Positions 14,231 to 22,787 of a stretch of DNA of 37,416 nucleotides are shown here, piece by piece. Both the position numbers and the translations under genes were made by a program. The stretch lies in the NCBI GenBank assembly GCA_026193355.1, contig JAPHTL010000337.1, forward strand, positions 1-37,416, written 5' to 3'. The DNA is from Rhodospirillales bacterium. GTDB lineage: Bacteria > Pseudomonadota > Alphaproteobacteria > Rhodospirillales > JAPHTL01. Each line of letters begins with the position of its first letter. Position 1 is the stretch's first letter. Below the pieces are notes generated by a model that made no database searches, was not told the DNA's origin, and was given only the letters and a program-made list of their open reading frames with translations.

Positions 14231-14857
14231 ATGAAGTTCAATCGTCTTTTCTGTGCACTTTTCGGAGCGTTATTCGCCCTCACATCCCTGTCGTCTCAGA
14301 CGCAGGCCGCCGAAGAAAAAATCAAATCGGTAATGGGCGATGACGGCATTCACAAGCAGACGTGGTTTATCGACAGCTTCCTCGACCTCAGGGAGGACCT
14401 CAAGGACGCCCAGGCGAAAGGAAAGCGCTTCGCCATTCTGTGGGAGCAGCGGGGCTGTCCCTATTGCGTCGAGACACATACGGTCAATCTGGCGATCCCC
14501 CAGATCAACAACTACATCCGCGAAAACTTCGCTGTTGTTCAATTGAACATGTGGGGTGATCGGGAGGTAACGGATTTCGATGGCGAGGTAACAACGGAAA
14601 AGAAACTTGCCCGCAAATGGGGCGTTGTCTTTACGCCGACGATCAATTTCATGGTCGAAGAAAAGGAACTGAAGGACGGCGTGTCCGGCAACCAGCAGTT
14701 CGCCGCCGTGATGCCCGGTTATTTCAAGCCTTTCCACTTCATTCGCATGTTTGAATTCGTCAAGGGCCGTCGTTACGAGAACCAGCACTTCCAGAAATAC
14801 ATCGCGGAAGTGGGCGAGCAGTACAGGAAGGAAGGAAAATCCTTCAATATGTGGTGA
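14231..14857 (+). CDS. soxW: Periplasmic thioredoxin-like protein SoxW (COG2143 type), copy 1
   Basis: Signal peptide, CxxC motif in WEQRGCPYCVETH, and FTPT block. AGGAG SD. Paralogous to the CDS at 22788-23360. Confidence 0.75.
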   Translation: MKFNRLFCALFGALFALTSLSSQTQAAEEKIKSVMGDDGIHKQTWFIDSFLDLREDLKDAQAKGKRFAILWEQRGCPYCVETHTVNLAIPQINNYIRENFAVVQLNMWGDREVTDFDGEVTTEKKLARKWGVVFTPTINFMVEEKELKDGVSGNQQFAAVMPGYFKPFHFIRMFEFVKGRRYENQHFQKYIAEVGEQYRKEGKSFNMW

Positions 14858-14887
14858 CCCGTAGCGGATCACCGCACATACAAAAAG

Positions 14888-14918
14888 GGCGGAACCTTCG
14901 AGGTTCCGCCTTTTATTT
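14888..14918. terminator. Bidirectional rho-independent terminator
   Basis: Stem GGCGGAACC (14888-14896), loop ttcga, stem GGTTCCGCC (14902-14910), followed by TTTTATTT and preceded by AAAAA. It sits between convergent soxW and the small minus-strand ORF. Confidence 0.8.
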
Positions 14919-14941
14919 GGCCATCAAGCCAAAAACCGTCG

Positions 14942-15127
14942 TCAGGCCTTGATATCGAGGATCTGCCCCCGCCCTGTCTCGGACGACACGCCGGTGGCGA
15001 GGGCTGTTGTAGACTGTTCTGTCGCCTGCTCAACAACCTTCAGGACGTCACGTTCCTGCTGCAAGGCGGAGCGAAGCGTCTCAAAATTCATTGCCAGCAC
15101 GGCCGTGGATTGGGCTATATCAGCCAT
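14942..15127 (-). CDS. Small (61 aa) hypothetical protein, possibly YjfB-family (putative motility protein, PF14070-like)
   Basis: MADIAQSTAVLAMNFETLRSALQQERDVLKVVEQA...GRGQILDIKA. It resembles, from memory, YjfB-like proteins: an N-terminal MDI..., a helical Q/A-rich core, and a C-terminal G..iDi.A. It is bracketed by the soxV stop and a terminator. Coding status is unproven. Confidence 0.4.
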   Translation of the reverse strand: MADIAQSTAVLAMNFETLRSALQQERDVLKVVEQATEQSTTALATGVSSETGRGQILDIKA

Positions 15128-15224
15128 CGGGGGACACCCTTTTTCGGTTCAGGCTTGTTACATAGTATCGGCCAGACACCGTTTCAATGCAACGAACGTT
15201 CACTTGATCATTGGAAAGGCTGGC

Positions 15225-15968
15225 TCAACCAACCCGCCCAAGCACGGGGAAGGTCTCAAGAAGCCACTGGCCAACTTCTGCGAGAGACCCCGAAAAGATC
15301 AGAACGCCGGTCAACACCAGCAGACTTCCGATGGATATCTCGACCTTTCGCATGTGCTTTCTAAACCGCGCCATGAACGCCATGAACGGGCGAACGGCAA
15401 GGGCGGCTATCAGGAAAGGAACACCGATTCCAGCGGCGTAGACCGACAGCAGCGAAATGCCGTAGGTCACGGAATCGCCGGCCGCGGCGACCATCAGGAT
15501 CGTCGCAAGAACGGGTCCGACGCAGGGCGTCCAGCCAAACGCAAAGGCCAGACCGAGGAAATAGGCGCCGACAAGGCCGGACGGCTTGTCTTCCACATGA
15601 AAGCGTTTCTCAAAATTCAGAAAGCCTATCCGGAAGAGTCCCATGTAATGGAGGCCGAAAACGACAATGACGACACCGGCAATCTTGCCGAGAACATCCA
15701 GGTTCTCGGCGATGAACCGGCTCAGGACCGTTGCCGTCGCCCCTAGTATGACAAAAACCGTGCCGAAGCCGAGAACAAAGGCGACGGCGGATACGAAAAC
15801 CCGCCTTGATACGGCGCGGTCGACGCCTTTTTCGGTCGTCAGCTGGTCAAGCGAAGCGCCCCCGAGAAAACAGAGGTACGCGGGAACAAGGGGCAGTACG
15901 CAAGGCGAAACAAAGCTTAGAAGCCCCGCCAACAACGCCCCAGCATAGGTGACTTCCATGCCATCCAT
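15225..15968 (-). CDS. soxV: Cytochrome c biogenesis CcdA/DsbD-core membrane thiol-disulfide transporter (SoxV)
   Basis: 247 aa and polytopic. The two conserved cysteines lie in SFVSPCVLPLVP and FGWTPCVGPV. It starts 3 nt after the soxB stop. Confidence 0.85.
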   Translation of the reverse strand: MDGMEVTYAGALLAGLLSFVSPCVLPLVPAYLCFLGGASLDQLTTEKGVDRAVSRRVFVSAVAFVLGFGTVFVILGATATVLSRFIAENLDVLGKIAGVVIVVFGLHYMGLFRIGFLNFEKRFHVEDKPSGLVGAYFLGLAFAFGWTPCVGPVLATILMVAAAGDSVTYGISLLSVYAAGIGVPFLIAALAVRPFMAFMARFRKHMRKVEISIGSLLVLTGVLIFSGSLAEVGQWLLETFPVLGRVG

Positions 15969-15971
15969 GTA

Positions 15972-17660
15972 TTAACCGTTGACTACTTTGACAGCCCTGT
16001 TCGGCTGCATGTTCACGACTTTCTTGCGCTCGATGTGATCGGAGACAAGGTCATAGACCTCAGGCCCCTCAGTCCCCGGGCTGACGGAAGCCCACCCCCC
16101 AACGACATATTCCTTGCCCGGGTCGATCGGTTCTCCCGTTGCCAAAAGGGTCATGTCCGATATGCGCTTGCCCATGGCCCCTGCGACGTTCATCGTATAC
16201 CCGATTCCTCCGACCCGAACCATGTCCCCCCCCTGCTGGTAGTAGGGATCGGGGTTGAACAGGTTATCGCCAACGTCCTCAAGAATATCCTTGAGCAGCG
16301 CCCCCTTCATCGACTGGCGGTATACCTTCGCATAAGTGATTGAGGTTTGGCTGTAAACATCTTCGACACGGATATCCTGGCCGGGAAGGATCGAAGCCCC
16401 CCAGCGGAAACCCGGCGACAAAGCGATCTGGGTATCGCGTTCCTCCATGATCGCCTGACAGATGAGGTCATCAAACGTTCCGTTGAAATTACCCCGGCGG
16501 TAAAGAAGGCTGTCCGAGCGGCCCAGAACCTTCGTCATTTCCGCCTCGTAAGGTGCGCGCAAATCCTTGATCACCTGCGTCATCTCGGGGTCAGGCGTAA
16601 TGGCGTCAGTAAGTACAGGGATCAGTTTGAACCGGAAATCCGCCACCTTCTTGTTCTTCACGTCGAGGTCTAGCCGCGCCAGGAACTTCCCATGGGAGCC
16701 GGACGCAACGAGAAGTGTGTTCTTAACCTTGATCGCCGTGGGAATGGCGTCGTGCGTATGGCCCGTCAGGATGACATCGATACCTTCGACACGGGATGCC
16801 AGTTTGCGGTCAACATCAAAACCGTCATGGCTGGCCAGAACGACAAGATCAGCCCCGGCCGCACGCGCCTTGGTGACATGGGCCTGAACCATTTCCTCGC
16901 GAATGCCGAAAGACCACTTTGGAATCATGTAGCGCGGGTTGGCGACGGGCGTATAGGGGAAGGCCTGACCAACAATGGCGATCTTGATACCGCCGCGCTC
17001 GAAAAACGCAGTGTTCTCAAATGCCGGTTCCTGCCATTCATCATCCAGCACATTGCCGGCAAGGAAGGGGAATTTCAGCTTGCCGATCAGTTCCTTGACC
17101 CGTTCCTCGCCATAGGTGAACTCCCAGTGCGGGACCATGACGTCGACACCGAGGGCGTTCATCGCGGTGACCATGTCCTCACCCCGGGTCTGGAGCGACG
17201 TATAGGAGCCCTGCCAGGTATCGCCGCAATCGACAAGAAGCGTGTTGTCCGGACGTTCGGCGCGGATCGACCTGATCAGCGACGCCATATGGGCAAGGCC
17301 GCCGACCCTGCCGTATTCACCGGCGAGGGAGGAAAAATCCTCGCTCGTCAGCATGTAGGAATCAAGGGTCCCACCCTTCAGCCCAAAGTGCGACAGAAAG
17401 TCCTTTCCGGTCAGATGAGGCGGCAGCCCGTTGACTTCGCCAACGCCGATGTTGACGGACGGTTCGCGGAAATAGACGGGCATCAGATGCGCGTGGATGT
17501 CGGTGAAATTAAGAAGCGTTACCTGACCGATGGAATCGAATTCCAGCAATTCCTTCTGTGTGATTTTCTGGAGGGCCGCGGCCCTGGCCATACCACCAAG
17601 CGGGGTCGTGAAAGCGGCAGCGGCGGCGGCCACCTGAAGAAAATCGCGTCGCGTAAGCAT
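15972..17660 (-). CDS. soxB: Thiosulfohydrolase SoxB
   Basis: Twin-arginine signal MLTRRDFLQVAAAAAA. Dinuclear metallophosphoesterase / 5'-nucleotidase-like blocks: DIHAHL, DCGDTWQGS, GNV, LTGHTHD. Start re-called to the ATG at 17660; the track ORF begins at 17714. Confidence 0.95.
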   Translation of the reverse strand: MLTRRDFLQVAAAAAAFTTPLGGMARAAALQKITQKELLEFDSIGQVTLLNFTDIHAHLMPVYFREPSVNIGVGEVNGLPPHLTGKDFLSHFGLKGGTLDSYMLTSEDFSSLAGEYGRVGGLAHMASLIRSIRAERPDNTLLVDCGDTWQGSYTSLQTRGEDMVTAMNALGVDVMVPHWEFTYGEERVKELIGKLKFPFLAGNVLDDEWQEPAFENTAFFERGGIKIAIVGQAFPYTPVANPRYMIPKWSFGIREEMVQAHVTKARAAGADLVVLASHDGFDVDRKLASRVEGIDVILTGHTHDAIPTAIKVKNTLLVASGSHGKFLARLDLDVKNKKVADFRFKLIPVLTDAITPDPEMTQVIKDLRAPYEAEMTKVLGRSDSLLYRRGNFNGTFDDLICQAIMEERDTQIALSPGFRWGASILPGQDIRVEDVYSQTSITYAKVYRQSMKGALLKDILEDVGDNLFNPDPYYQQGGDMVRVGGIGYTMNVAGAMGKRISDMTLLATGEPIDPGKEYVVGGWASVSPGTEGPEVYDLVSDHIERKKVVNMQPNRAVKVVNG

Positions 17661-17762
17661 CTGTCTATTCCGATTCCTGAGAAATGAGGCGGCATTTTGC
17701 CGCAAAAGGATCAAATGGCCGGAACTCGTCTGGGCCTTACCTGATGTTATCCGGGCGTAATT

Positions 17763-17792
17763 GGGGCGGCAGACCTCTCCGGCCGCCGCCCC
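17763..17792 (-). other. GC-rich stem-loop in the soxA-soxB intercistronic spacer
   Basis: GGGGCGGC (17763-17770) pairs with GCCGCCCC (17785-17792) around a 14-nt loop. No U-tract follows on the transcribed (minus) strand. A second small hairpin, GCGGC-atttt-GCCGC, lies at 17689-17703. Confidence 0.3.
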
Positions 17793-17804
17793 GAAGAAAC
17801 GCTT

Positions 17805-18626
17805 CTACTTGCGAACCGCAGGTGTCTCGACAGGCAATCCGCTTGCTCGCCACATCGTATAAAGTTCAAGCGCTGTATACTCGGGTGAGCCCTGTTTATA
17901 GGGTTCCGCCCTTGTATTCTTGTTGCAGCCCCTGAACCGGCGATGCATCGAACCCAACTTCTGCCACTTCAGGCGATATTGCGGAAAGCCGTTGGGCATT
18001 CCGTGACTCAAAAGCTCTGAGCGGATCATGTTGCCATAATTATCGACATGGCAGTGTGCGCAGGAGAAGTCGAAATGCCCGCGCCGCTGGTAATAGAATT
18101 CCCGACCCTTTTCGTAAAAGGGCTTGTTCTTACCGTCGATACTGACGTTCACGGGCATGCCTCGGGATTGCAAGCGAACAAGCGCTGACATGCCGAGCAT
18201 CTGATCGCCTTCCCACTTCCATGCATCCGCTTCCATGTATTTGGTGCGACAGATGCCGATCTGATGTTCAACGGTAATCAGGTCGTTGTGTTTATCGACA
18301 AACTTCGGATAGGTCGTCGAAGCACCCTTGAGCTTCTCTACCTCGCCATGACAGCTGGCGCATGACTTGCCCGCCTTGCCGTCTACCTTGTCCCAAAGAG
18401 CACGCGCCTGGTCGACCCAGACAAAGCTCGGGTTTTCGAAATCGTCGTCCTGCATTTTACGTGTTTCTGGCGTGGACGTGACATAACCGGACCACTTGTC
18501 GCCAGCCACATATTTGGCAATCTTCGGATCGTTTAAATTCGGTGCGTCCGCTGCATATACAGCAGCATTCGCCATAACGAATCCCGCTGCCGCAACGAAC
18601 AATGCACCTAACTTGAAAGCGACCAT
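17805..18626 (-). CDS. soxA: Diheme cytochrome c SoxA
   Basis: Signal peptide, two CxxCH sites (CASCHG, CAHCH), and the conserved heme-ligand Cys in RFRGCNKN. Confidence 0.92.
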   Translation of the reverse strand: MVAFKLGALFVAAAGFVMANAAVYAADAPNLNDPKIAKYVAGDKWSGYVTSTPETRKMQDDDFENPSFVWVDQARALWDKVDGKAGKSCASCHGEVEKLKGASTTYPKFVDKHNDLITVEHQIGICRTKYMEADAWKWEGDQMLGMSALVRLQSRGMPVNVSIDGKNKPFYEKGREFYYQRRGHFDFSCAHCHVDNYGNMIRSELLSHGMPNGFPQYRLKWQKLGSMHRRFRGCNKNTRAEPYKQGSPEYTALELYTMWRASGLPVETPAVRK

Positions 18627-18657
18627 GACGCTTTCCTCCCTGGATTATTTTTTTCGT

Positions 18658-18981
18658 TTAAGAGACTTGAATTTCTTTTGTTTCCGAGGTGACCGCTCCA
18701 CCGTCTTCGGTCCAACGGAACTCAAGCTTTCCGCTTTCCGTCGCCCGGCAGGAAAAAGCCAGATAAGGATTGGCGGAAATCGAAGGATGGAAGTCTGCGC
18801 TGAAAACGGTCTTGCCGTTATAGACGCATTCGAACTTGTTGATGATCTTGCGAGGGATCAACTCACCGGTTTTTTTGTCCTTGCGACGGCCCGTTTCCAT
18901 ATTGTGAGACATAAGGGTCTTGATCTCGAAGATTTCGCCCTTCTTCGCGCTGGACGGAACCTTTATTCGTGCTTTTGCCAT
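18658..18981 (-). CDS. soxZ: Sulfur compound chelating protein SoxZ
   Basis: MAKARIKVPSSAKKGEIFEIKTLMSHNMETG... is typical SoxZ. Start re-called to the ATG at 18981 with an AGGAG SD. The track ORF is over-extended into soxY. Confidence 0.92.
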   Translation of the reverse strand: MAKARIKVPSSAKKGEIFEIKTLMSHNMETGRRKDKKTGELIPRKIINKFECVYNGKTVFSADFHPSISANPYLAFSCRATESGKLEFRWTEDGGAVTSETKEIQVS

Positions 18982-19006
18982 TTTCCGAATTCTCCTGAAA
19001 AGTTCC

Positions 19007-19483
19007 TCAGCCGCCGCAGCCGCCGATTGTGACCTTGATCTGCTGCGAAGCAGTAAAGAAGCTGCCGTCACTCATCTGGGCGACAACGATAACGTTCTGC
19101 GTCTTCGCAAGACGTATACGCGTCGAGAAATCGGCCTTGCCGCTCATCGGTGAAAAGTGGAATGACGCGACATCGGGCGTCGGGTTTCCATCTACGAAAA
19201 TATGCGCGACCTTCACGAAATCGGCATCGCTCATGGGGCTTTCGACCGAAACAGTCACAGGAACCGTATTTCCGTTTTCGGCGATCTGGGGAAGCTGGAT
19301 GGTAATCCGGCCTTCCTTTACTGCAGCGCCACCGGTCGCCTCTTTGACCCTCGCAGCGGCATCCTCCGGTTTCGCAAACGCAAAACCTGGGCCCATGACA
19401 AATCCGGCCACGGCAACGGCGCCGGCCGCGGTCAACACCTGACGGCGGTCCAGAATGGCCACGTTGGACACGGTATCGCTCAT
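19007..19483 (-). CDS. soxY: Sulfur carrier protein SoxY
   Basis: Tat signal DRRQVLTAAGAVAVAGFVMGPGFAFA and the diagnostic C-terminal swinging arm VTIGGCGG. I prefer the ATG at 19483 (GAGGAG SD). An alternative GTG at 19558 overlaps the soxX stop (GTGA). Confidence 0.92.
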   Translation of the reverse strand: MSDTVSNVAILDRRQVLTAAGAVAVAGFVMGPGFAFAKPEDAAARVKEATGGAAVKEGRITIQLPQIAENGNTVPVTVSVESPMSDADFVKVAHIFVDGNPTPDVASFHFSPMSGKADFSTRIRLAKTQNVIVVAQMSDGSFFTASQQIKVTIGGCGG

Positions 19484-19554
19484 CCCGGACTTCTCCTCTC
19501 GTTTTTGTGTCATTTTTTTGTTCGTCCTCATTTCAAAACTGACGCTCTTATTGC

Positions 19555-20019
19555 TCACTCGTCTTTCAAGGTGACGAGATAGGCAACGATGTCCTCGACT
19601 TCTTGCGCCGTCAATATGGTCTTGCCCTCAAATTTCTTGAGGACACGGTGCAGGCCTTTGGATTTGTAAAAAGCGGGCATCATTGTTTCAGAATTGACAA
19701 TTTTCGGATTGACGATTCTGAGGCGCAACTCACCTTCCGTCATCCGGCTTCCGACGCCAGTAAGACCGGGGCCTGTCAAGCCGTGATCACTTTGCTCCGG
19801 AATGGGCATGGTGTGACAGGCAAGGCAGTTGCCCTTGCTCTTGGTGATGGCCGTTTTACGTCCAGCCGCCACATCCCCTGGTACCGCACCTGGAAGGTAC
19901 TCAGGGATCTCATGGCTGACGACCATGTAGGGTTGTTCCTCCTCCGCAAACGCCTGCGAAGCAGCAAAACCAGCTAAGGCAAGCCCGGTTAGGGCGCCAA
20001 TCAAAGCTTTAGGAACCAT
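19555..20019 (-). CDS. soxX: Monoheme cytochrome c SoxX
   Basis: Signal peptide, a single CLACH heme site, and GGAGGAG SD. It is the first gene of the soxXYZAB string. Confidence 0.9.
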   Translation of the reverse strand: MVPKALIGALTGLALAGFAASQAFAEEEQPYMVVSHEIPEYLPGAVPGDVAAGRKTAITKSKGNCLACHTMPIPEQSDHGLTGPGLTGVGSRMTEGELRLRIVNPKIVNSETMMPAFYKSKGLHRVLKKFEGKTILTAQEVEDIVAYLVTLKDE

Positions 20020-20383
20020 TTCTCCTCCCTGCTCGTGCCTTGGATCGGCACTTTCTTGCGTGTTTGTATTAACGATAGCTTTTATTATTCATGGGGTTAG
20101 GGCGCTAACCTCACAGTGCTATCAAAAAACGTTAACCATCAAGGTGTTGCTTTTCAACACAATTGTTTCTTCGCACGTGCACAATAATTTCGAGTCTCAC
20201 CAAAAAAAATGTGTTTTATTTATTTACCTCGAAAATGTGTTGTTATGTATTGTTAGCACACATTCAAGGACGCGACCATTCGGGTAAACCCTAAATGGTA
20301 TGGATGGAAATTAAAATCTATCCTGAGTTACGCCAGTATTATTGGCGCCTCACGCTGCTCCCTGCGCAACAAACTGGGATCAC
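20020..20383. promoter_or_regulatory. AT-rich divergent control region between soxX and the soxS-like gene
   Basis: A 364-bp non-coding gap, visibly AT-rich against GC-rich flanks. It contains the inverted repeat GTGTTG-N5-CAACAC (20144-20160), the palindrome ACAATTGT (20159-20166), the direct repeat AAAATGTGTT at 20206-20215 and 20232-20241, and an inverted copy ACACATT at 20258-20264. Confidence 0.5.
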
Positions 20384-20785
20384 ATGAAAAATTCAGCAAG
20401 AAGCAAGGCAAGCCGTGGCCTTAGAAGAACGACCTTCGGACTGCTTCTGGTGTTTATCGCCATGACGGCGTCCACCAAACCACAGGCGGCTCAATTACTT
20501 ATGTTTGAAAGCGACACATGCGAGTGGTGTGACGCCTGGCATAGGGAGATAGGAGTCGTTTACCACAAGACAAAAGAAGGAAAACTTCTGGAATTGAGGC
20601 GAATTGACGTCAATGAGAGCCGTCCGAATGACCTTAGGGACATAAAGGGAATCGTCTTCACGCCAACCTTTGTCGTTTTTGATGGGAAGAATGAAATCGG
20701 CCGGATTGTTGGTTATCCGGGCGAGAGTTTTTTTTGGGGTTTGCTTGATAATCTCATAGAGCGCTCATCACAAAAAAGTGATTGA
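20384..20785 (+). CDS. Periplasmic thioredoxin-fold protein, SoxS-like
   Basis: Signal peptide MKNSARSKASRGLRRTTFGLLLVFIAMTAS, CxxC in FESDTCEWCDAW, and VFTPTFVVF. Start re-called to the ATG at 20384. GC content is noticeably lower than in neighbouring genes. Confidence 0.7.
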   Translation: MKNSARSKASRGLRRTTFGLLLVFIAMTASTKPQAAQLLMFESDTCEWCDAWHREIGVVYHKTKEGKLLELRRIDVNESRPNDLRDIKGIVFTPTFVVFDGKNEIGRIVGYPGESFFWGLLDNLIERSSQKSD

Positions 20786-21000
20786 GCACACCTGCATATT
20801 TTTGCAGTCATTCTTCTCAATTCTGACACTCAAACAATTCCACTCTCCGAATTACCCCCTATCTGTACCACTATAAAAATTTAACCTGTTGCGCTTGTTG
20901 ATTGTGAACATACAACCGAACAGTAAAATATTTTCAATTGTTGCTTCTTGTGGTACCCGTTAAGTAACAAAGCACTAAAGACGTTCCAGGGAGGATAATT

Positions 21001-21333
21001 ATGGGACTCAAGACAACGTTGAAAGTCTGTCTCGGGACAGCTTTCACGGTTTTCGCAATTTCTGCGACATCCGTGAGTGCTCATGCCGAAGGCAAAATGG
21101 CCTCACCGCAGCTGCTGGTCAGCAACTGCTTCAACTGTCACGGCTACATGGGGGATAGCGCCGGCGTCATCGACGAACTCAGCTCCCTTCCTGAACGCCG
21201 GATCGTCAAGAAGATGGTCGATTTCAAATCGGGTGAGAAACCATCCACGATCATGAGCCGTATCGCGAAAGGCTATAGCGATTCGGAAATCGAGGCGATG
21301 GCCAAGTATCTCGCCGCCGCCAACGCCAAATAA
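21001..21333 (+). CDS. fccA: Monoheme cytochrome c subunit of flavocytochrome c sulfide dehydrogenase (FccA/SoxE type)
   Basis: 110 aa, with a signal peptide and a single CFNCHG heme site. GGGAGGA SD. The flavoprotein subunit gene follows 23 nt downstream. Confidence 0.85.
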   Translation: MGLKTTLKVCLGTAFTVFAISATSVSAHAEGKMASPQLLVSNCFNCHGYMGDSAGVIDELSSLPERRIVKKMVDFKSGEKPSTIMSRIAKGYSDSEIEAMAKYLAAANAK

Positions 21334-21356
21334 GAGATTCAGGGAGGATATCTGAA

Positions 21357-22625
21357 ATGTTCACCACATCCCGCAGAGACTTCCTGCGAATCACGGGCGC
21401 AGCAGGCGCCTTGTCGGCATTGTCGCTCAGCGGTTGCCAGTCGAAAGCAAGAGTCGTCGTCATCGGCGGCGGCTTTGGCGGCGCGACTGCGGCCAAATAT
21501 GTCAAATGGTTTGATCCGTCGATCGACGTGACGCTGATTGATGCGAGCAAGACCTATACGACCTGCCCCTTCAGCAATCTTGTTCTGGGTGGAATTCGTA
21601 GTCTGGCCTCGATCACGCATAACTTCGACGCACAGGCCGGGCGTGGCGTCAACGTGGTCAATGACATGGTCACAGGCGTCGATACCGCCAAACAGATCGT
21701 CATGACCAAGGGGGGCGCCAAGATTCCGTACGACCGCCTCATCATGTCGCCCGGTATCGATTTCAAGTACGACACCATCGAAGGTTACGACGCAACGGTG
21801 GCGGAAGCCATTCCACACGCTTGGAAAGCCGGTACGCAGACAGCAATTCTGCGCCAGCAGCTTGAAGCCATGCCCGATGGCGGCACAGTTATCATCGCCC
21901 CGCCGCCTAATCCGTTCCGCTGCCCGCCGGGGCCGTACGAGCGGGCGAGCATGATCGCCTACTACCTGAAAATGGCGAAGCCCAAGTCGAAACTTCTCAT
22001 TCTCGATTCAAAGGACAAGTTCTCCAAACAGGGGCTTTTCCAGGAAGGCTGGGCGCTTCATTACAAGGACATCATCGAATGGGTGCCTGCGTCAAAAGAT
22101 GGCAAGGTGCGCCGCGTGGACGCCGCCAGCAAGACGTTCCATACGGAATTCACGGCGCATAAGGGTGACGTTCTGAATTACATTCCCGCCCAGAAGGCTG
22201 CCGACATCGCCTTCAAGGCCGGTTTGACCAATCAGCTCGGCTGGTGTCCGGTTCACTTCCAGACATTCGAATCAACCCTCGTCAAGAATGTCCATGTCAT
22301 CGGTGACGCCAGCATCGCGACCAAGATGCCGAAGTCCGGTAACGCTGCAAACACGCAGGCCAAGGTTTGTGCGGCTGCGGTAGCCGATCTTCTCAACGGT
22401 CGGGAACCCGGCACACCGACGACGACCAACACCTGCTACAGCCTTATTACCAAGGACTATGGCATTTCGGTTACGGCCGTCTACAAGCAGTCGGACAAAG
22501 GCTATATGCCGGTCGCAGGCGCCGGTGGCCTCAGCCCGAAGGGCGAAGGGCCGGAATTCAGGCAGCTTGAGGCCAAGTATGCCCGAGGCTGGTACGCCAA
22601 CATTGCACAGGACATCTGGGGCTAA
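21357..22625 (+). CDS. fccB: Flavocytochrome c sulfide dehydrogenase flavoprotein subunit (FccB/SoxF type)
   Basis: Tat signal SRRDFLRITGAAGA, FAD fold VVVIGGGFGGATAAKY, redox cysteines in the PFRCPPGPYER context, and C-terminal HVIGDA. Confidence 0.93.
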   Translation: MFTTSRRDFLRITGAAGALSALSLSGCQSKARVVVIGGGFGGATAAKYVKWFDPSIDVTLIDASKTYTTCPFSNLVLGGIRSLASITHNFDAQAGRGVNVVNDMVTGVDTAKQIVMTKGGAKIPYDRLIMSPGIDFKYDTIEGYDATVAEAIPHAWKAGTQTAILRQQLEAMPDGGTVIIAPPPNPFRCPPGPYERASMIAYYLKMAKPKSKLLILDSKDKFSKQGLFQEGWALHYKDIIEWVPASKDGKVRRVDAASKTFHTEFTAHKGDVLNYIPAQKAADIAFKAGLTNQLGWCPVHFQTFESTLVKNVHVIGDASIATKMPKSGNAANTQAKVCAAAVADLLNGREPGTPTTTNTCYSLITKDYGISVTAVYKQSDKGYMPVAGAGGLSPKGEGPEFRQLEAKYARGWYANIAQDIWG

Positions 22626-22648
22626 CCCGGAATTCCGTCCGAAAATCA

Positions 22649-22684
22649 GGCGCGGGAAGGTCTTCCTTCCCGCGCCTTTTTTTT
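22649..22684 (+). terminator. Rho-independent terminator after fccB
   Basis: 12-bp stem GGCGCGGGAAGG / CCTTCCCGCGCC, loop tctt, followed by eight T (22677-22684). Confidence 0.85.
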
Positions 22685-22787
22685 CGGCATCATCGTCTTG
22701 CCGTTCTGAACGCACCCCGGCTATCCTCTTCGCCAACGGACCCATGACATAACGAAAACAGGGCCGGATCTATCAGGAGGCCTATCA

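Noticed and set aside
20060-20287. The 75-codon ORF in the AT-rich soxX / soxS-like intergenic region, and the 67-codon ORF at 20881-21084.
   Set aside because: They have non-ATG or unsupported starts and no SD. Their composition is Ile/Phe/Asn-rich, typical of random frames in AT-rich DNA. The second overlaps the fccA start. The regions are better explained as promoter/operator DNA.
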